DNA of 64,000 nt from Octopus sinensis (GCF_006345805.1 NC_043005.1:25544001-25608000); one strand, 5' to 3'. Shown: positions 38,241-51,789, counted from the stretch's first letter. Translations and numbers: made by a program. Notes: generated by a model from the letters alone, not told the origin.

Positions 38241-38560
38241 CGAACAGTAAGCATAATTAAATCTCCGAATGAGATTGAAACAGTAATCGCTCGATAATGT
38301 AAAGTATAGAAGGATCCTTCACTTTCATCGCTACCTGGTGGCTACCGCCCATTGAAGAGGGACAACCATCCCGAAACTAGTTCGAGCGTATCACTCAGGC
38401 TTGCGAGGAAGGGATGGCCTCCCTTTGCAAATACTCCAAAGACACAGATATTGTGTTTAGAGCCAGCTAGAGACGAAGATCTCTTGGGGCTATAAAGCTA
38501 CAGTAACAACCCCCTCCCCAATGTGGTTAGCCATGATAAGATGGCTTCTATATTTTATAT

Positions 38561-38623
<63 letters not shown>

Positions 38624-38689
38624 AGTAGAAAGATAAGTTTTTATTCAACGAGTAGATACTGAACAGTATTATATATATATCAAGATGAA

Positions 38690-38895
38690 AATCCTTCCCC
38701 TCCTCCTCCTCCACCTCCTCCTCCACCTCCTCCTCCACCTCCTCCTCCTCCTCATCATCAACATCATCATCCTCATCATCATCCTCATCTTCATCATCAT
38801 CATCATCATCATTATCTTCATTATCATAAGGATTTTATACATACACTCTTCTGTATCTAAGCGTTGAATAAAAATTTATCTTTGTACTTGTTATA

Positions 38896-38988
<93 letters not shown>

Positions 38989-39000
38989 CACATATACATT
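38690..39000. repeat. (CCT)n(CAT)n and (CA)n(TA)n microsatellites
   Basis: Direct inspection. Confidence 0.85.
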
Positions 39001-39289
39001 TATTCTTTATTATTTGATTATTTATGAATCTTTGTTCGAAAAAGCATTATTTCAAACCTGTTGATCAATCTTGGAATATATGACGATATTCATCAATATA
39101 TAACAATATTTCTTGGAAATTATTTAATAAACACCTCAGTAAATTTCGTTGACTGGTATTAACCATACATCAGTTGTTTACGTTTCACACTTATCACACA
39201 TGACAGTGGTAATCTATTAACGTTTCTAGGATATCAGTGAAATTTAATTCACTCTTTCACCTTCTTTTTTACCTCCCCATCGTTATTCT

Positions 39290-39473
39290 CATATAATTAT
39301 TTAATATCATTTTTCTTCTTCTCCTTCTTCTTCTTCTCCCTTTTCTTCTTCTTTTCTTCTCCTTTTTCTTCTTCTCCTTCTTCTTTTTCTTATTCTTCTT
39401 CCTTTCTTCTTCTTCTTCTTATTTATTATTTTATCGTCATCAACACATCTTCATCATCATCCTCCTCATCACC

Positions 39474-39505
<32 letters not shown>

Positions 39506-39630
39506 CGTCGTCGTCGTCGTCGTCATCATCATCATCATCATCATCATCATCACCACCACCACCATCATCATCATCAGCAACAGCAGCAGCAGCAACAGAA
39601 TCATCATCATCAACATACATATATATATGA
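39290..39630. repeat. (CTT)n and (CAT)n/(CGT)n microsatellites
   Basis: Direct inspection. Confidence 0.85.
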
Positions 39631-39764
39631 AGACCATTGAAATAATCACACCAGGTCGTTCATTTATAAAGTCATGTGATAAAGAAAAGACTGAGAGAAA
39701 AAGGAAAAAATGAAAAAAAATAAGCAAAGAAAATAAAGGGGAAAAAGAAAAAGAAAAAGAAAAT

Positions 39765-40290
39765 TCACAGTGACAATGCTCTTCTCAATACGTGTGACGT
39801 CACAGTTAAGACAATCTTTTGCACTTCCTGTATGGATGGTAAGCCAGGGATTACTTTTAAATAATATTTAGTTCTTTTATTGATCATGACCCTATAATCA
39901 CTGGTATTGTAACTGCCTGGAGATGCCACAACTTTTCGTTTTCTATTGGCAAATCTTTATATTTTCTGAACTTATCAAATTCTTTTGCCGAGATACCGAG
40001 ATATTATGGTCACAGACTTTATTGTTTTGATCTTTCACAACGATATTTGGTCTATTGCCTTGATGGTCCGGTCTGTAAATACTGGGAAGTCCTAAAGAAT
40101 AGTTACATTTTCTCCCTCAGTTACAGCCTCAGGGTAACGTTACACCTCGAGTTTATGTTTTTCTACTATTTCAGTCCCATCGTTGCAGTATCGGCACTTT
40201 GGGGATATTTCATTTTACATCTCTGGTCAATAAGCTCAGATTTTGAGCAGCCAAGATGAAGCTTTCACCCTCGGCCTTTACTGTTTTGCT
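39765..40290 (-). mobile_element. Older, internally deleted Dong fragment (same family as 40535-42262)
   Basis: Collinear with 40700-41380 (e.g. aatgctcttctcaatacgtgtga), with deletions. Confidence 0.85.
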
Positions 40291-40534
40291 CAGTATTGTA
40301 GCTCCGTTAAAAATACTAGTTGCGGATGTATTATGTGTCTGGTGATCGGCGACCACACCTGTTTACTGTCGAGAAAGCATTAAGCATGTCGTAGACTCAG
40401 TAAATTTCAGCAGATCATCAAATATGGCATGCCAAGGCCACCACGTAGCAGATGTTGACTGTAGATAGATCGCCTGACCATTGGAACGCGTCCCTTATTA
40501 TCATTGTTATTGTTATTATTATTATTATTATTAT

Positions 40535-42258
40535 TTTTTTTTTTGCTCTTTCAAATTTGCTTCCATTTCTTGCCGAGTGTTTTCCCGACTCCTAGGGCAA
40601 AGAAACTCATCGTATACATTGGTAGGCCATTACACTAAACTCAATAGTTCGTTCTTTTTTTTTTTTTAAGTTAAATAAAAATACATGGGTAGTAATAGTT
40701 CACACATCGACAATGCTCTTCTCAATACGTGTGATGTACCAGTTAAGACAATCTTTTGCACTTCTTGCAGGGATGGTAAGCCAGGGATCATTCTCATATA
40801 ATTTTCGGTTCCCTTCTTGATCATTCCTAGTGCTCCTACGATCACTGGTATTGTAACCGCCTTGAGATGCCACATTTTCTCAATTTCAATGAGTAGGTCT
40901 TTATATTTTCTGAGATTGTCAAACTCATTCGCCGAGATATTATGATCACAGGAGATGCTCATGTCGATCAATAAGCAAAATTTATTGTTTTGGTCTTTCA
41001 CAACAATATCTGGTTTATTGGCTTTGATGGTTCGGTCTGTATGTACTGGAAAGTCCCACAGAATGGTTACATTTTCTCCTTCAGTTACAGCTTCAGGGTG
41101 GTGATTATACCACTTGGCAGTTTTGATATTGTAATGCCGACTTATTAGCCAGTGGAGATATTGGCCAACTCTGTCATGTCTTAATTTATACTCCACTGGT
41201 GCTAAGACTTTACATCCAGAGATTAGGTGGTCCACTGTTTCAATCATGTCGTTGCAGAATCGGCATTTTGGGTCTGCTCCATTTTTCATCACATTGGCCT
41301 GGTAGTTCCGGGTTAATAGGCTTTGATCTTGAGCAGCCAGGATGAAACCTTCGCTCTCTGCTTTTAGCCCTGAGCTCCGTAGCCACTGATGGGTTTGCTT
41401 CTGGTCAACATCAGCTTGTTTGCTGCGGGCCACATATTTGCCGTGCAGATGTTTCTCCTCCCACCTATCAGCCATGCGCTTTTTTTGTTGCCATTATTTT
41501 CACCTTCTTTGCAACAATAGTTGCCGTACTTCCCACGGGTTGTTCAGTTTGGGTATCCTGCACGAGATCAATAGCAAATTTTTTGCTTTCCTTTATGATA
41601 GAATGAAGCTTCTTTCGTCTCTTGTGATTTTCCACGAGCTTTAGCATCCAGTCATTCGTTATTTCAAGATATTTGGCCAGTTCAATTGTGGTTGTTTTGT
41701 AAGGTAGTTCAAATTGGATCAGGCCTCGACTTCCTTGGGCTCTGGGAAGGTAAAGGCGATCTACGTCTGCCTTTGGGTGGTGCATCCTATTACAACTCAG
41801 CAGCTTGCGTTTTTTCCTGTCTATATTCTTTACTTCACTCATATTCCAGTTCAACACATTGTAGCTATAAGTAACAACTGGAACCGCAAAGGAATTAATA
41901 GCTAACACCTTGTTACGTGCATTTAGTTCAGATTTCAGGACTGCACGAATTCTCCTATTACATTCCTTCCTGATCTTCTCTTTCAATGCTTGCATGCTGA
42001 ATACCAGAGCCTTCATTTATCCCTAAATATTTGTATGTTTGTTCTTGCTCAAACTCTCTTATGACTGAGTCAACATCTAACACGGCTGAATTTGTGGTCT
42101 TCACTTTCCCTTTCTGGAAAGTGGCCTTGGCACACTTCTCAAGTCCAAACTCCATCCCGATGTCATCAGTGAATGCTTTCACAGTGCGCAGTAGGCCTTC
42201 AAGTTCATTATTGTCTTTACCATAGATTTTAAGTCATCCATATAAAATAGATGGCTTA

Positions 42259-42262
<4 letters not shown>
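40535..42262 (-). mobile_element. R4/Dong-clade retrotransposon, second family, 5'-truncated at YMDD; restriction-like endonuclease region still open (40666-41475)
   Basis: SHLFYMDDLK, GLEKCAK, HHPKADVDRLYLPR, CRFC..ETVDHLISGC, RHD, KPD..LIDMS..KY.DL; (ATT)n on both sides. Confidence 0.93.
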
Positions 42263-42308
<46 letters not shown>

Positions 42309-42880
42309 GAGTGAGAGAGCAGTGCATGCCATGAACGTAACACAGGGGTAAAATATACGAAGCCCACTATACCCATCATGACTACCCGTCTGATAAAGGT
42401 ACACTAGGCACATGCATCAGAACCATATGTGCGCGACATTGTGATCTCATATCAAGATAAACAGCACATGACCTTGCAGGTGGGGCCCAGTTAGAATTTT
42501 CTTCTGGTCGAGTAGCCCATCCCCCTCAAAAGGTCTCTGAATAAGAGGTTTTTAAGGTTCTTGAACGAAACACCCATATTTCCAGAGGTGAAATATTCAA
42601 ACCCCAAAGAATCCCTCTTAACACATGGCTATGATGCTCCCCCACTACTTCTGCTCGTGATCAGAGGGGCACATATCGTCAGCCACTAAGAGACATGCCC
42701 AACTGGTTATGGTCAAACAACTGACAAGCAAATCTGTGGTACTGAGCAGAATATTTGCTGCAGCTCACCTTTTATACCAAGACAAAACAATGTACGTGAT
42801 AACACTTCCAATTAGTTAAGATCAGAAGCCACAAGAGCCACTGCATGGTACTGCATCAAGGCAATGGTGCGTCGGCCGGG
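42309..42880 (-). mobile_element. Unclassified ~570-bp element flanked by (TAA)n, copy 2
   Basis: Same right-hand start gagtgagagagcagtgcatgcc on plus as copy 1; 19 extra bases at the other end. Confidence 0.75.
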
Positions 42881-42889
42881 ATTATCATC

Positions 42890-42951
<62 letters not shown>

Positions 42952-43299
42952 CATCAGCATCATCATCATCATCATCATCATTATCATTATTATTATTTAT
43001 AAAGCGACGAATTGGAAGAATAATTAGTACACCGGACGAAATTCTGAGCAGCATTTCCTCCGTCTTTATGTTCAGAGTTCAAATTTCGTCGAGATTACTT
43101 CGAAATTATAATATTACTTCAGTCAAACCTCCTCTGTATCCAGATACATAGATAGACCTTCGTTTTTAGGCAAAATTTTCTGACGAAGTCTTTAATTCGC
43201 ATAATGTCAAAGTTAACTGCTTATGTTTAATATGACTTTCTACATCGCACACAATTCCAAAAACAAATACACAGGAACACGGTCTCCACTCTGGAACAT

Positions 43300-43480
43300 A
43301 CTCTGCAACGGCTGGAATCTTACGAAGTTCCTACTCAAAGGGCTCTACCTCTCAGAAGTTGTAGTATATAAAGCTAACCTCACACTACCCAATGGCTCTC
43401 AACCAACGATTTTAAGGGAAAATTTACGCAACACATGTTCTTCAAGATATAGAAACCTGGCAAAAAGCTTTTCGATGTAG
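43300..43480 (+). mobile_element. Penelope-like GIY-YIG remnant
   Basis: GLYLSEVVVYKANLTLPNG..SRYRNLAKSF. Confidence 0.5.
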
Positions 43481-44789
43481 CAACATCTGGAGACCCCAGA
43501 ACTAAGGGAGCGTGTTTGCTTTAAAATCATATGTCCCATACTTGAGAGGGTCATCTTTTACTCATCCGGAGTCCATAAATACCAACTTCATCATATCGTA
43601 GGTTCTAAATAAATCTAATGAATAAAATCTAGAATTCGATGTAAAACTACAGAAGACTGTGTGATGTGAAGAGATGTGAGATTAATGTCGTTCCGGGCTG
43701 CCTACGACACACATCGTTTCTCTTTTTGTCATTTAAACATGCTGTGGACTATTAGAATTATCAGACCATCAGTATTTTCCTAGATTCTTGTTTTGTTATC
43801 GGATGAAAACAATTAAGTTCGTTTCTTTTAACATTTTATTTTTCAGTTAGGTCTAGAAATTTTCTAATAAGGTATTAGACATTATCTTATTTACGATTTT
43901 TCCCAACAAACGTGACTTGAAATATAAATCATCTTGTGATTAATATTTCAAGTATTAATCATCGTGAGAATATTGTCATTAAACAATAATTTAGAGCTGA
44001 AAGATTTTTATTTGCAGACTCCTTCGAACAAATAATAGCTGGGGATTAAACTTTTAGCATTGGTAATTACGGTGAGAAGAGATACTTGCACAAACATTCT
44101 ATCTTAACAATCAGTCAACAGCTGTGTGTAGTTGTGCATAACAATAATAGTTTCGAAGAGAAGTGGAGAACATCGCTCTCATTCCAAAACCTAATGCTAA
44201 TGTCTCTAAAACTTAATATCAGAAAAAAAAAAAACAATTACACAGTTTATAATTAGCTTATTTATCACGTTGTAAAATTAAAGATTCACATTTTTAGTGA
44301 CAGAAATACACTTTCACGGAAATGTACTTACACAGGTTCTTACGCATTTGAGACTCATCCAGGTTCTAAGACAATTTCATGTCTGCAGTTAACAAATAAT
44401 ACATGACTGGAGCAAACACGAACGCTGCCTAAAGTCGTAGACTTGTGAAGTTTTCACATGAAGCTGTAATCAGAATAGACATATATTGCAACCATTAGCA
44501 ACTCGACTATTAAATGAGTGTCTTGCAAGGTTTCGTGAAGATCTGTTGCAGACTGAATTTAGTAGAGTTCCACGTTAATGGAAATTCTAGTTCTATATCA
44601 TTGTTTCAAAGAGATTTGAGGAGATCAATCATCGTCTTGTTACCATTCCTGACTCAAACATGTCTGAAACACAAGCATTTGCGCGGTGCCAACCGTTTGT
44701 ATTGCGATCGTCTAAAGGTTAAGTAAAGGTGATAAACATGCAAATGCATAGCATAATAAACTCGTTATCTGTCACTCAACAACCAGCAT

Positions 44790-44967
44790 GGCTGAAAATG
44801 ATCGATGCAAGTGAGAAGGAACAACACCTACAAAAATCAGTATTGCTTGGAACTGCAAGAATTCTTTGCAGGGTTCCTGAAGCATGACGAGTAAACAAGT
44901 GTCACCTTAGTCTGCTGATACTTTCCATCATACTCAGCAAAATGAGCTGTGAAATTTATTACAATAG
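44790..44967 (+). mobile_element. Extreme 3' end of a Dong-like element (third family)
   Basis: HLQKSVLLGTARILCRVPEA*, short UTR, then (AAT)n. Confidence 0.75.
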
Positions 44968-44968
44968 C

Positions 44969-45024
<56 letters not shown>

Positions 45025-45026
45025 GG

Positions 45027-45098
<72 letters not shown>

Positions 45099-45131
45099 GG
45101 ATATAATAATAACGATGTAATAATAATAATT

Positions 45132-48100
45132 AAGGATATAATTTCAGCTAATGATGTTGATATCACAGATCTCAACCACCTATACTATGCATCCGCGAAA
45201 ATCTCAACGATCCTATGTGGTGAAAAGATTAGAAAACGGCAAAATTTCCACAAAAAGCCTTCTTGGCAAGAGCGTTTGCAACAACAAATTAAACTATTTA
45301 GATCTGACATTGAATATTTGAAAAACCTTAAGGTTCATAAGACTACCAAACCTACAAAACCCCCAAAACTAATGAAAAAATATAATATGAAAACTATACT
45401 TGATATTGATGCCACCATAGAAACCATCAAGCAAAAGGTATCTGCTAAAGCTGCCCGCATAGCGAGGTATGAAAAGCGTGTTAGATTCTTCATGGACAAC
45501 AACATGTTAAAAAATAACCCCAAAAATTTTTACAGGAAGATAGGAAAAACAACAGTTACTGTAAAGTCTGTACCATCAAAAGAAGAAGTGCAGGGATTTT
45601 GGAATAAAATTTGGGCAGAAGAAAAAACACACAGCGAAAAGGCCACCTGGATTGATAGAATATCTAAAGAACTGGACTCCTTAGAAGAGCAAAAGTGGGA
45701 GGGTGTCAAGGTAGAAGATATAAGATCTGCTCTCAAGAGGTCAAGCAAATGGAAGTCTCCAGGAAAGGATAAAATCCCTAACTTTTGGTTGAATGCCTTC
45801 CCAGAGAGCCATGAACTGCTAACAGAACTTTACAATGATGTTTTGCAACACCCTAGTAGGATGCCTTCTTGGCTAGTTAATGGGTTAACATTCCTACTTC
45901 CAAAAAGTGAAGAAACAAATTAACCAAAAAACTATAGACCCATAACCTGCTTAACAACTATGTATAAAACACTAACATTTGTCCTGACAGAATATACTTA
46001 TAGTTTTTTGACAGACAGCAGCGTATTCCCTAACGAACAGAAAGGATGTAAACGTGGATCCTACGGTTGTAAAGATCAACTACTCATCAATAAGATGATC
46101 TTAGAAGATTGTCACAAACGACACAAAAACTTATCAATAGCCTGGATAGACTATAAAAAGGCTTTTGATAGCCTACCACATAGCTGGATTAAGAAATGCC
46201 TAGAAATGTATAAGATAGCACCTACTCTGCGAAACTTTTTGTCTGTAAGTATGAGATCATGGAGAACCACACTAACTTTGAACAGTGACAATGAATCTCT
46301 AAATGCTGGTGATGTAAAAATTACATGTGGCATTTTCCAGGGTGACTCACTATCACTACTCCTCTTCTGTTTATCCTTAATACCTCTCTCAAAACTGCTC
46401 AATGACGCGCAGTACGGATATAAAATGTTTGATAAAAATATAAATCATCTCATTTACATGGATGATTTAAAGCTCTTTGCAAAAAATGACCAACAACTCA
46501 AGGGCTTACTAGCGATTGTCAAACAATTCAGTGATGACATCAGAATGCAATTTGGCCTCGATAAGTGTGCAAAAGCTACCTTTATCAAAGGAAAAATTAC
46601 AGAAACATCTAACGTTAACCTTGACCAGCAGAATGTCATAAAAGAATTAGACCCAGCAGAGAACTACAAGTATCTAGGGGTAATTGAAGGAGACGGAATA
46701 AGGCATTCAGAGATGAAGGAAAGGATCAGGAGAGAATGTTATCGCAGAGTAAGAGCAATACTCAAGACAGAGCTGAATGCGAGAAACAGGATCGAAGCGA
46801 TCAATGCATTAGCCATACTAGTCGTGACTTACAGTTTCAATATCGTTAACTGGTCAATTACTGAAATATGTAATCTTGACAGAAAAATACGAAAACTGTT
46901 GACAATGCATAGAATGCACCACCCTAAGGTAGATACAGAACGACTTTATCGGCCAAGAAAGGAGGGAGGCCGTGGACTTTTACAACTGGCAATAACAATG
47001 AAGATTGCTACAATTGGCCTAGACACCTACCTGAAAAACTCTGAGGACTGGATGTTAAAACTTGTCTCAAAACATGAAAACAAGAAAGCATCATACTCAG
47101 TAATAAAACAGGCAAAGGAATACCTAAGTGAATTCCGAATACAACAAATTTCGGAATTAGAGATAGACATACAAGAAACAGGCACAGAAAAAGCTAAGCG
47201 CATGAAAACCCGTGCTAAATCTGCGGCCTTAGATATTCTGAATGATAAATGGCAAGAAAAACCTCTCTATGGCAAATACCCAAAGAGAGCAAATAATGCA
47301 GATGTTGACAAAGCCCTGACCCATCAATGGCTAATGGCCTCTGGCTTAAAATCTGAAACAGAGGGGTTTATCATTGCAGCTCAAGATCAATGCCTACCAA
47401 CAAGAAACTACCAGGCCAACATATTAAAGATCAGAAGCAGTCCAACGTGTCGTTTATGCCAGCAACAAAATGAAACCATTGATCATGTGGTCTCCAAGTG
47501 CAGTCTTCTAGCGCCTATCTCAACAGGCACGATAGAGCTGCACAATATATTCACTGGGTAATCTGCAAAAACCTGGATTTGCTCCATGAAAAAAACTGGT
47601 GGAAACACAAACCACCCCCAGTGCTTGAAAATGACCACATCTCACTCCTCTGGAACTTCACCATTCAAACTGACAGAAAGATAGATGCAAATAGGCCAGA
47701 CATCATATTCAAAGAACATGCCTCCTCATTGATATGACTGTCCCAATCGATATAAACGTATCTGTCAAGACCTACCAAAAACTGAGCAAATATAAAGATC
47801 TTGAAATAGAAATCAGCAAAATGTGGAACCTGAAGACTAAAACAATACCTGTTGTCATAGGTGCCCTGGGAATGATAGCAAAAGGGGCTGATAGTTACCT
47901 AACTCAGATACCAGGAAACCCCAAAATGGCAGAAATTCAAAAGATAGTGCTCATGGGAACTGCTCATATCCTACGCAAATTACTTTCTATGTAATCTCAA
48001 GGTTTAAAACAAACATTTTTTTTAGACATCCACCTGTACAACACAAAAAACAACCAAATATATGGCACACTAGGCATAACAACAACGTGAACTTCCAACC

Positions 48101-48168
48101 TGTTGTCTCTTGATGTCTCCGGGTGAGACTTGGAGCCAACTTGTACAAATATAAAGCAAAAATCAAAC

Positions 48169-48170
<2 letters not shown>
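45132..48170 (+). mobile_element. R4/Dong-clade non-LTR retrotransposon, about 3.0 kb, 5'-truncated, inactivated
   Basis: Reading frame from DLNHLYYASA..PSWQERL through RT (KSPGKDKI, KNYRP, DYKKAFDS, QGDSLS, YMDD) to CCHC knuckle and RPD..D..K endonuclease; in-frame stop 45921-45923, frameshifts near 47515 and 47715; (AAT)n on both sides. Confidence 0.95.
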
Positions 48171-48222
<52 letters not shown>

Positions 48223-48230
48223 TGATGATG

Positions 48231-48262
<32 letters not shown>

Positions 48263-48269
48263 GATTTCA

Positions 48270-48460
48270 TAGTCCAGTACAAGGCTTGAAATTTGGTGGG
48301 CGGTGTTAAGTCGATGGCATTGACCCCTGTATTCAACCTCAACTGATTCTTAAATTATGGGTTCCAAAAGGTGAAAAACAAAATCAACCGTGGCGGCATT
48401 TGAAATCCTTAAGGGCGGACGAAATGCTGCTAAGTATTTTGTCCGTTGTGCTAACGATTT
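48270..48460 (-). mobile_element. SINE-2, diverged
   Basis: aggcttgaaatttgg..gacgaaatgctgctaagtattttgtcc. Confidence 0.65.
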
Positions 48461-48487
48461 AGCTGTTATTTATAGCTTCAATGTATT

Positions 48488-48680
48488 GAACTGGGAATTT
48501 CAATAAAATAAAGAAATTTGACAGGAAAATACGTAACATGTTGCCTTGCAATAAGTTACACCACCCAAAGGCAGACATGGCTCGTGTTTACTTTCTCAGA
48601 GCCCAAGGATTTCGTGGCTTGATCCTTTTTGAACACTCTTATAAAACCGCCACAATTGAACCGACCAAATATTGGCTTAC
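48488..48680 (+). mobile_element. Dong fragment (second family, post-RT region)
   Basis: DRKIRNMLPCNKLHHPKADMARVYFLRAQGFRGL. Confidence 0.8.
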
Positions 48681-49379
48681 CACCTCTTTAAACAGTAAAA
48701 AATACCTGTATAAAATACTTGCCCAGTTTCGTTTGTGCTCCTCGCACATCCCACACAACGCAACTATATCAAGCAGAGGGACTTAAGCATTTCAATCTCT
48801 CGGATGAAGTGAAAAGTAAATATCTTCAAACCATTTCTCTTTTTCAAAATGTCTTTTCATATCATTACTGTTATTATTCTTCTAACATTAATTATCACGT
48901 GATATTAAAATCATGATAATTGTAAAATGATGCACGTACTCATGAAGAAAGCAGTTTACGGCAATGAATTGAAAATTTAAGACCTGTCAGAACTAATAAA
49001 CAAACGGATTATAACTAACTAATCGATTTAAAAATGCCACAATGATGATTGTTTGTCAGACATTGAACACAGTTATTGATTCTAACCGCAGAAGAAACGA
49101 CTAAATACCGTGGTGTTAGTTAGATGTCGGTCATTAAGCTGAATTTCCGTTGAATAGTAAATAATTATAATTCTATTTTAGGGGGCTTGCTGTTTACATT
49201 GGACTAGCTATATATGTGTGTGTACGTGTGTGTGCGTATATGTGTGTGAGTATGTGTGTGTGTTTGGGTGCTTGGTTGTATGTGCGTATGTGCTACAATT
49301 TTATAGTTATTTAGTCCCAGGTCGGCGTGATCAAACTTTATGAGCTAAAGTTATGAAGTTGTAAAAATATCTTTTCTAC

Positions 49380-49590
49380 TAAAGAACAAGTCCTGGCATT
49401 TGTGTGGGGTGAAATAGTCGATTACATGAACCCAGTACATGACTGGTAGTTGATTTATCGACCACGAAAGGATGAAAGGCAAAGTCGACCTCGGTGGAAT
49501 TTTGAACCCCCAGAACGTATAGATGGACAGAATTTTGTTAAGCATTTCATCCGGCGTGCCACCGGTTCTGTCTGGTCGCCACCTTTGAAG
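49380..49590 (-). mobile_element. SINE-2, diverged
   Basis: gaaaggatgaaaggcaaagtcgacctcggtggaattttgaac. Confidence 0.8.
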
Positions 49591-49783
49591 TAATAAAATA
49601 TAATAAGAAAAATAATGCGACAAAGAAAATCAGCGAGTCTTCCTTGTATTTTGGGTTATTTTTCAGCTAAGCCCTACTATGCTATGTAACACACACACAC
49701 AGGCACACGCACACACACACAAACACACAAACGCACACACACACACACACATACACACACACACAAACATATATATCTAAGTA

Positions 49784-49951
49784 CCGTCCTATATTTGAGA
49801 GATGAGGAATTATGTATATTATTTACATTATTTACATTTAACGGATATTTGTCCTCATCTTTGTTGTTAACACAACATTTCGGAGAACCCAGGTTCGAAA
49901 TTCCCTCAGGAACGACGGAAAATTATCCATCAAATGTAAATAATGTAAATA

Positions 49952-49953
<2 letters not shown>
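49784..49953. mobile_element. Two H1 PLE-end pieces fused in inverted orientation (minus 49784-49881, plus 49882-49953)
   Basis: Switch point lies at the hammerhead GAAA (..aacacaacatttc|ggagaacccaggttcg..). Confidence 0.7.
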
Positions 49954-50000
<47 letters not shown>

Positions 50001-50133
50001 ATATATATTATATATATATATATACATACATATATATATATACATACATATATATATATACATACATACATATATATATATACATACATATATATATATA
50101 CATACATATGTTGTTCTGCACTATAAGTCATTA

Positions 50134-50299
50134 GAGGAGGCGCAATGGCCCAGTGGTTAGGGCAGCAGACTCGCGGTCATAGGATCGCGGTTTCGATTCC
50201 CAGACCGGGCGTTGTGAGTGTTTATTGAGCGAAAACACCTAAAACCTCCACAAGGCTCCGGCAGGGGATGGTGGTGATCCCTGCTGTACTCTTTCACCA
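50134..50299 (+). mobile_element. tRNA-derived SINE-3, 5' half, cut by LINE
   Basis: A box TGGCCCAGTGG, B box GGTTTCGATTCCC; matches the reverse complement of about 57910-58075. Confidence 0.9.
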
Positions 50300-51730
50300 T
50301 TGGAACGAATAGTCAGAAGGAAACTAATCACCTGCCTTGAAGAAAATGACTTGCTGCCTGACACCCAACATGGTTTCCGACCAGGAAGAAGATGCTTATC
50401 TCAGCTCCTACAACACTATGACTGGGTGCTGAAACGACTGCTCAACCACTCAAATGTGGAAGTCATATATCTCGACTTTGCAAAGGCCTTTGATAAAGAC
50501 GATCATGGAATGATATGTCACAAACTGCGTGATCTTGGCATAGTTGGAAAATTGGGAGAATGTCTTCATGACTTTCTGAAGAATAGAAGTCAGGTGGTAG
50601 TAGCCAATGGGGCCACTTCTATTAACACGCAAATAGTGAGCTGTGTTCCGCAGGCACTGTTTTGGGACCACTACTGTTCATAATGGCCCTCTCAGACATG
50701 CCCTCAGCCACGCAGAGAGCCACGATCACAAGTTATGCAGATGATACAAAAGTTTCACAGGCAATACAGAACCCTGAAGACACTAAGCACCTGCAATGTG
50801 AGCTGGACAAAATATACAAGTGGGCTGAAAAGAATAGCATGCAGTTCAATGCTGAAAAGCTTCAAGCTTTATGCTATCAGCATGCAAAACTGAATGCAAT
50901 ACCCAATGAATACACTGGACCCGGAGGGATTGCAATCCCAGAGGCACAATCAGTGCGTGACCTGGGTATTCACATGAGTGATGACGCGACCTTTCATGTA
51001 CATGTTGCTAAACTGGCAATGAAATGTAGACGGCTGACCGGATGGATTCTTAGAACCTTTAGAACAAGAGAACAAGAAACCATGATGGTCCTCTGGAAGA
51101 CACTTGTCCTAAGCCACTTTGACTATTGCTCTCAGCTATGGTCACTATCCAGTGTCAAGTTAATCACAGAACTTGAGGCGATCCAACGAAGCTACATGAA
51201 GAAGATAGCCTCTGTGTAGCATATAAGCTACTGGAAAAGACTCAAGAGATTAAAACTCTATTCCTTGGAGCTTAGGCGAGAAAGATATACCATAATATAT
51301 ATCTGGAAGATCCTGGAAGGACTTGTCCCAAACTTTGGCATCGAGAGTCACACAAATGCCAGAACCGGGCGCCACTGCATGGTACCAAGGACTCCAAATT
51401 TGCCATCAAGATGTAGGACAAGATACTGTGATAGCCTGGGCTTCAGAGGCCCACAGCTCTTCAATATCCTCCCGAAGAACCTGAGGGACCTGCATGGTGT
51501 AGATGCGGATGTCTTTAAAGTAGGACTGGATCTCTCCCTGTCAGGGGTCCCGGATGAACCAACTTCACGGCAGGAGGTGCAGATGAGGGCAGCTGCATCG
51601 AACTCTCTCATGCACCAAATGGCAGTTGCTAAAAAGCATTCGTGAGGTAAAATCATGTAGCAAACCAAATGGCGGTGCCCCAGCATGGCCACAGCTCATG
51701 AGCTGAAACTGGAAAAATCAAAAATCAAAA
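50300..51730 (+). mobile_element. CR1/L2-group LINE, 5'-truncated RT and 3' tail, disrupted
   Basis: QHGFRPGR, YLDFAKAFD, VPQ(G), YADDTK, LGI, DYCS..W, LEAIQR, LELRR; frameshift near 50660, stop at 51217-51219; tail ends (AAAATC)n. Confidence 0.93.
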
Positions 51731-51789
51731 TCAAAATCATATATAATGTACTGTTCCGTGATAAAAAAATCAACAAAAAATGTACTCCA

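Noticed and set aside
44496-44580. Peptide TRLLNECLARFREDLLQTEFSRVPR*
   Set aside because: Weak acceptor, short, unrecognised; cannot be separated from chance
45960-47561. 533-aa ORF as an active or domesticated RT gene
   Set aside because: Part of a 5'-truncated Dong with an upstream stop and two downstream frameshifts
50134-50215. tRNA gene calls for SINE heads (also 55822, 31148, 16590)
   Set aside because: No complete cloverleaf; each continues into a SINE body
51265-51645. 126-aa ORF and overlapping antisense ORFs
   Set aside because: C-terminal part of the LINE ORF2 after a premature stop; antisense frames are shadows
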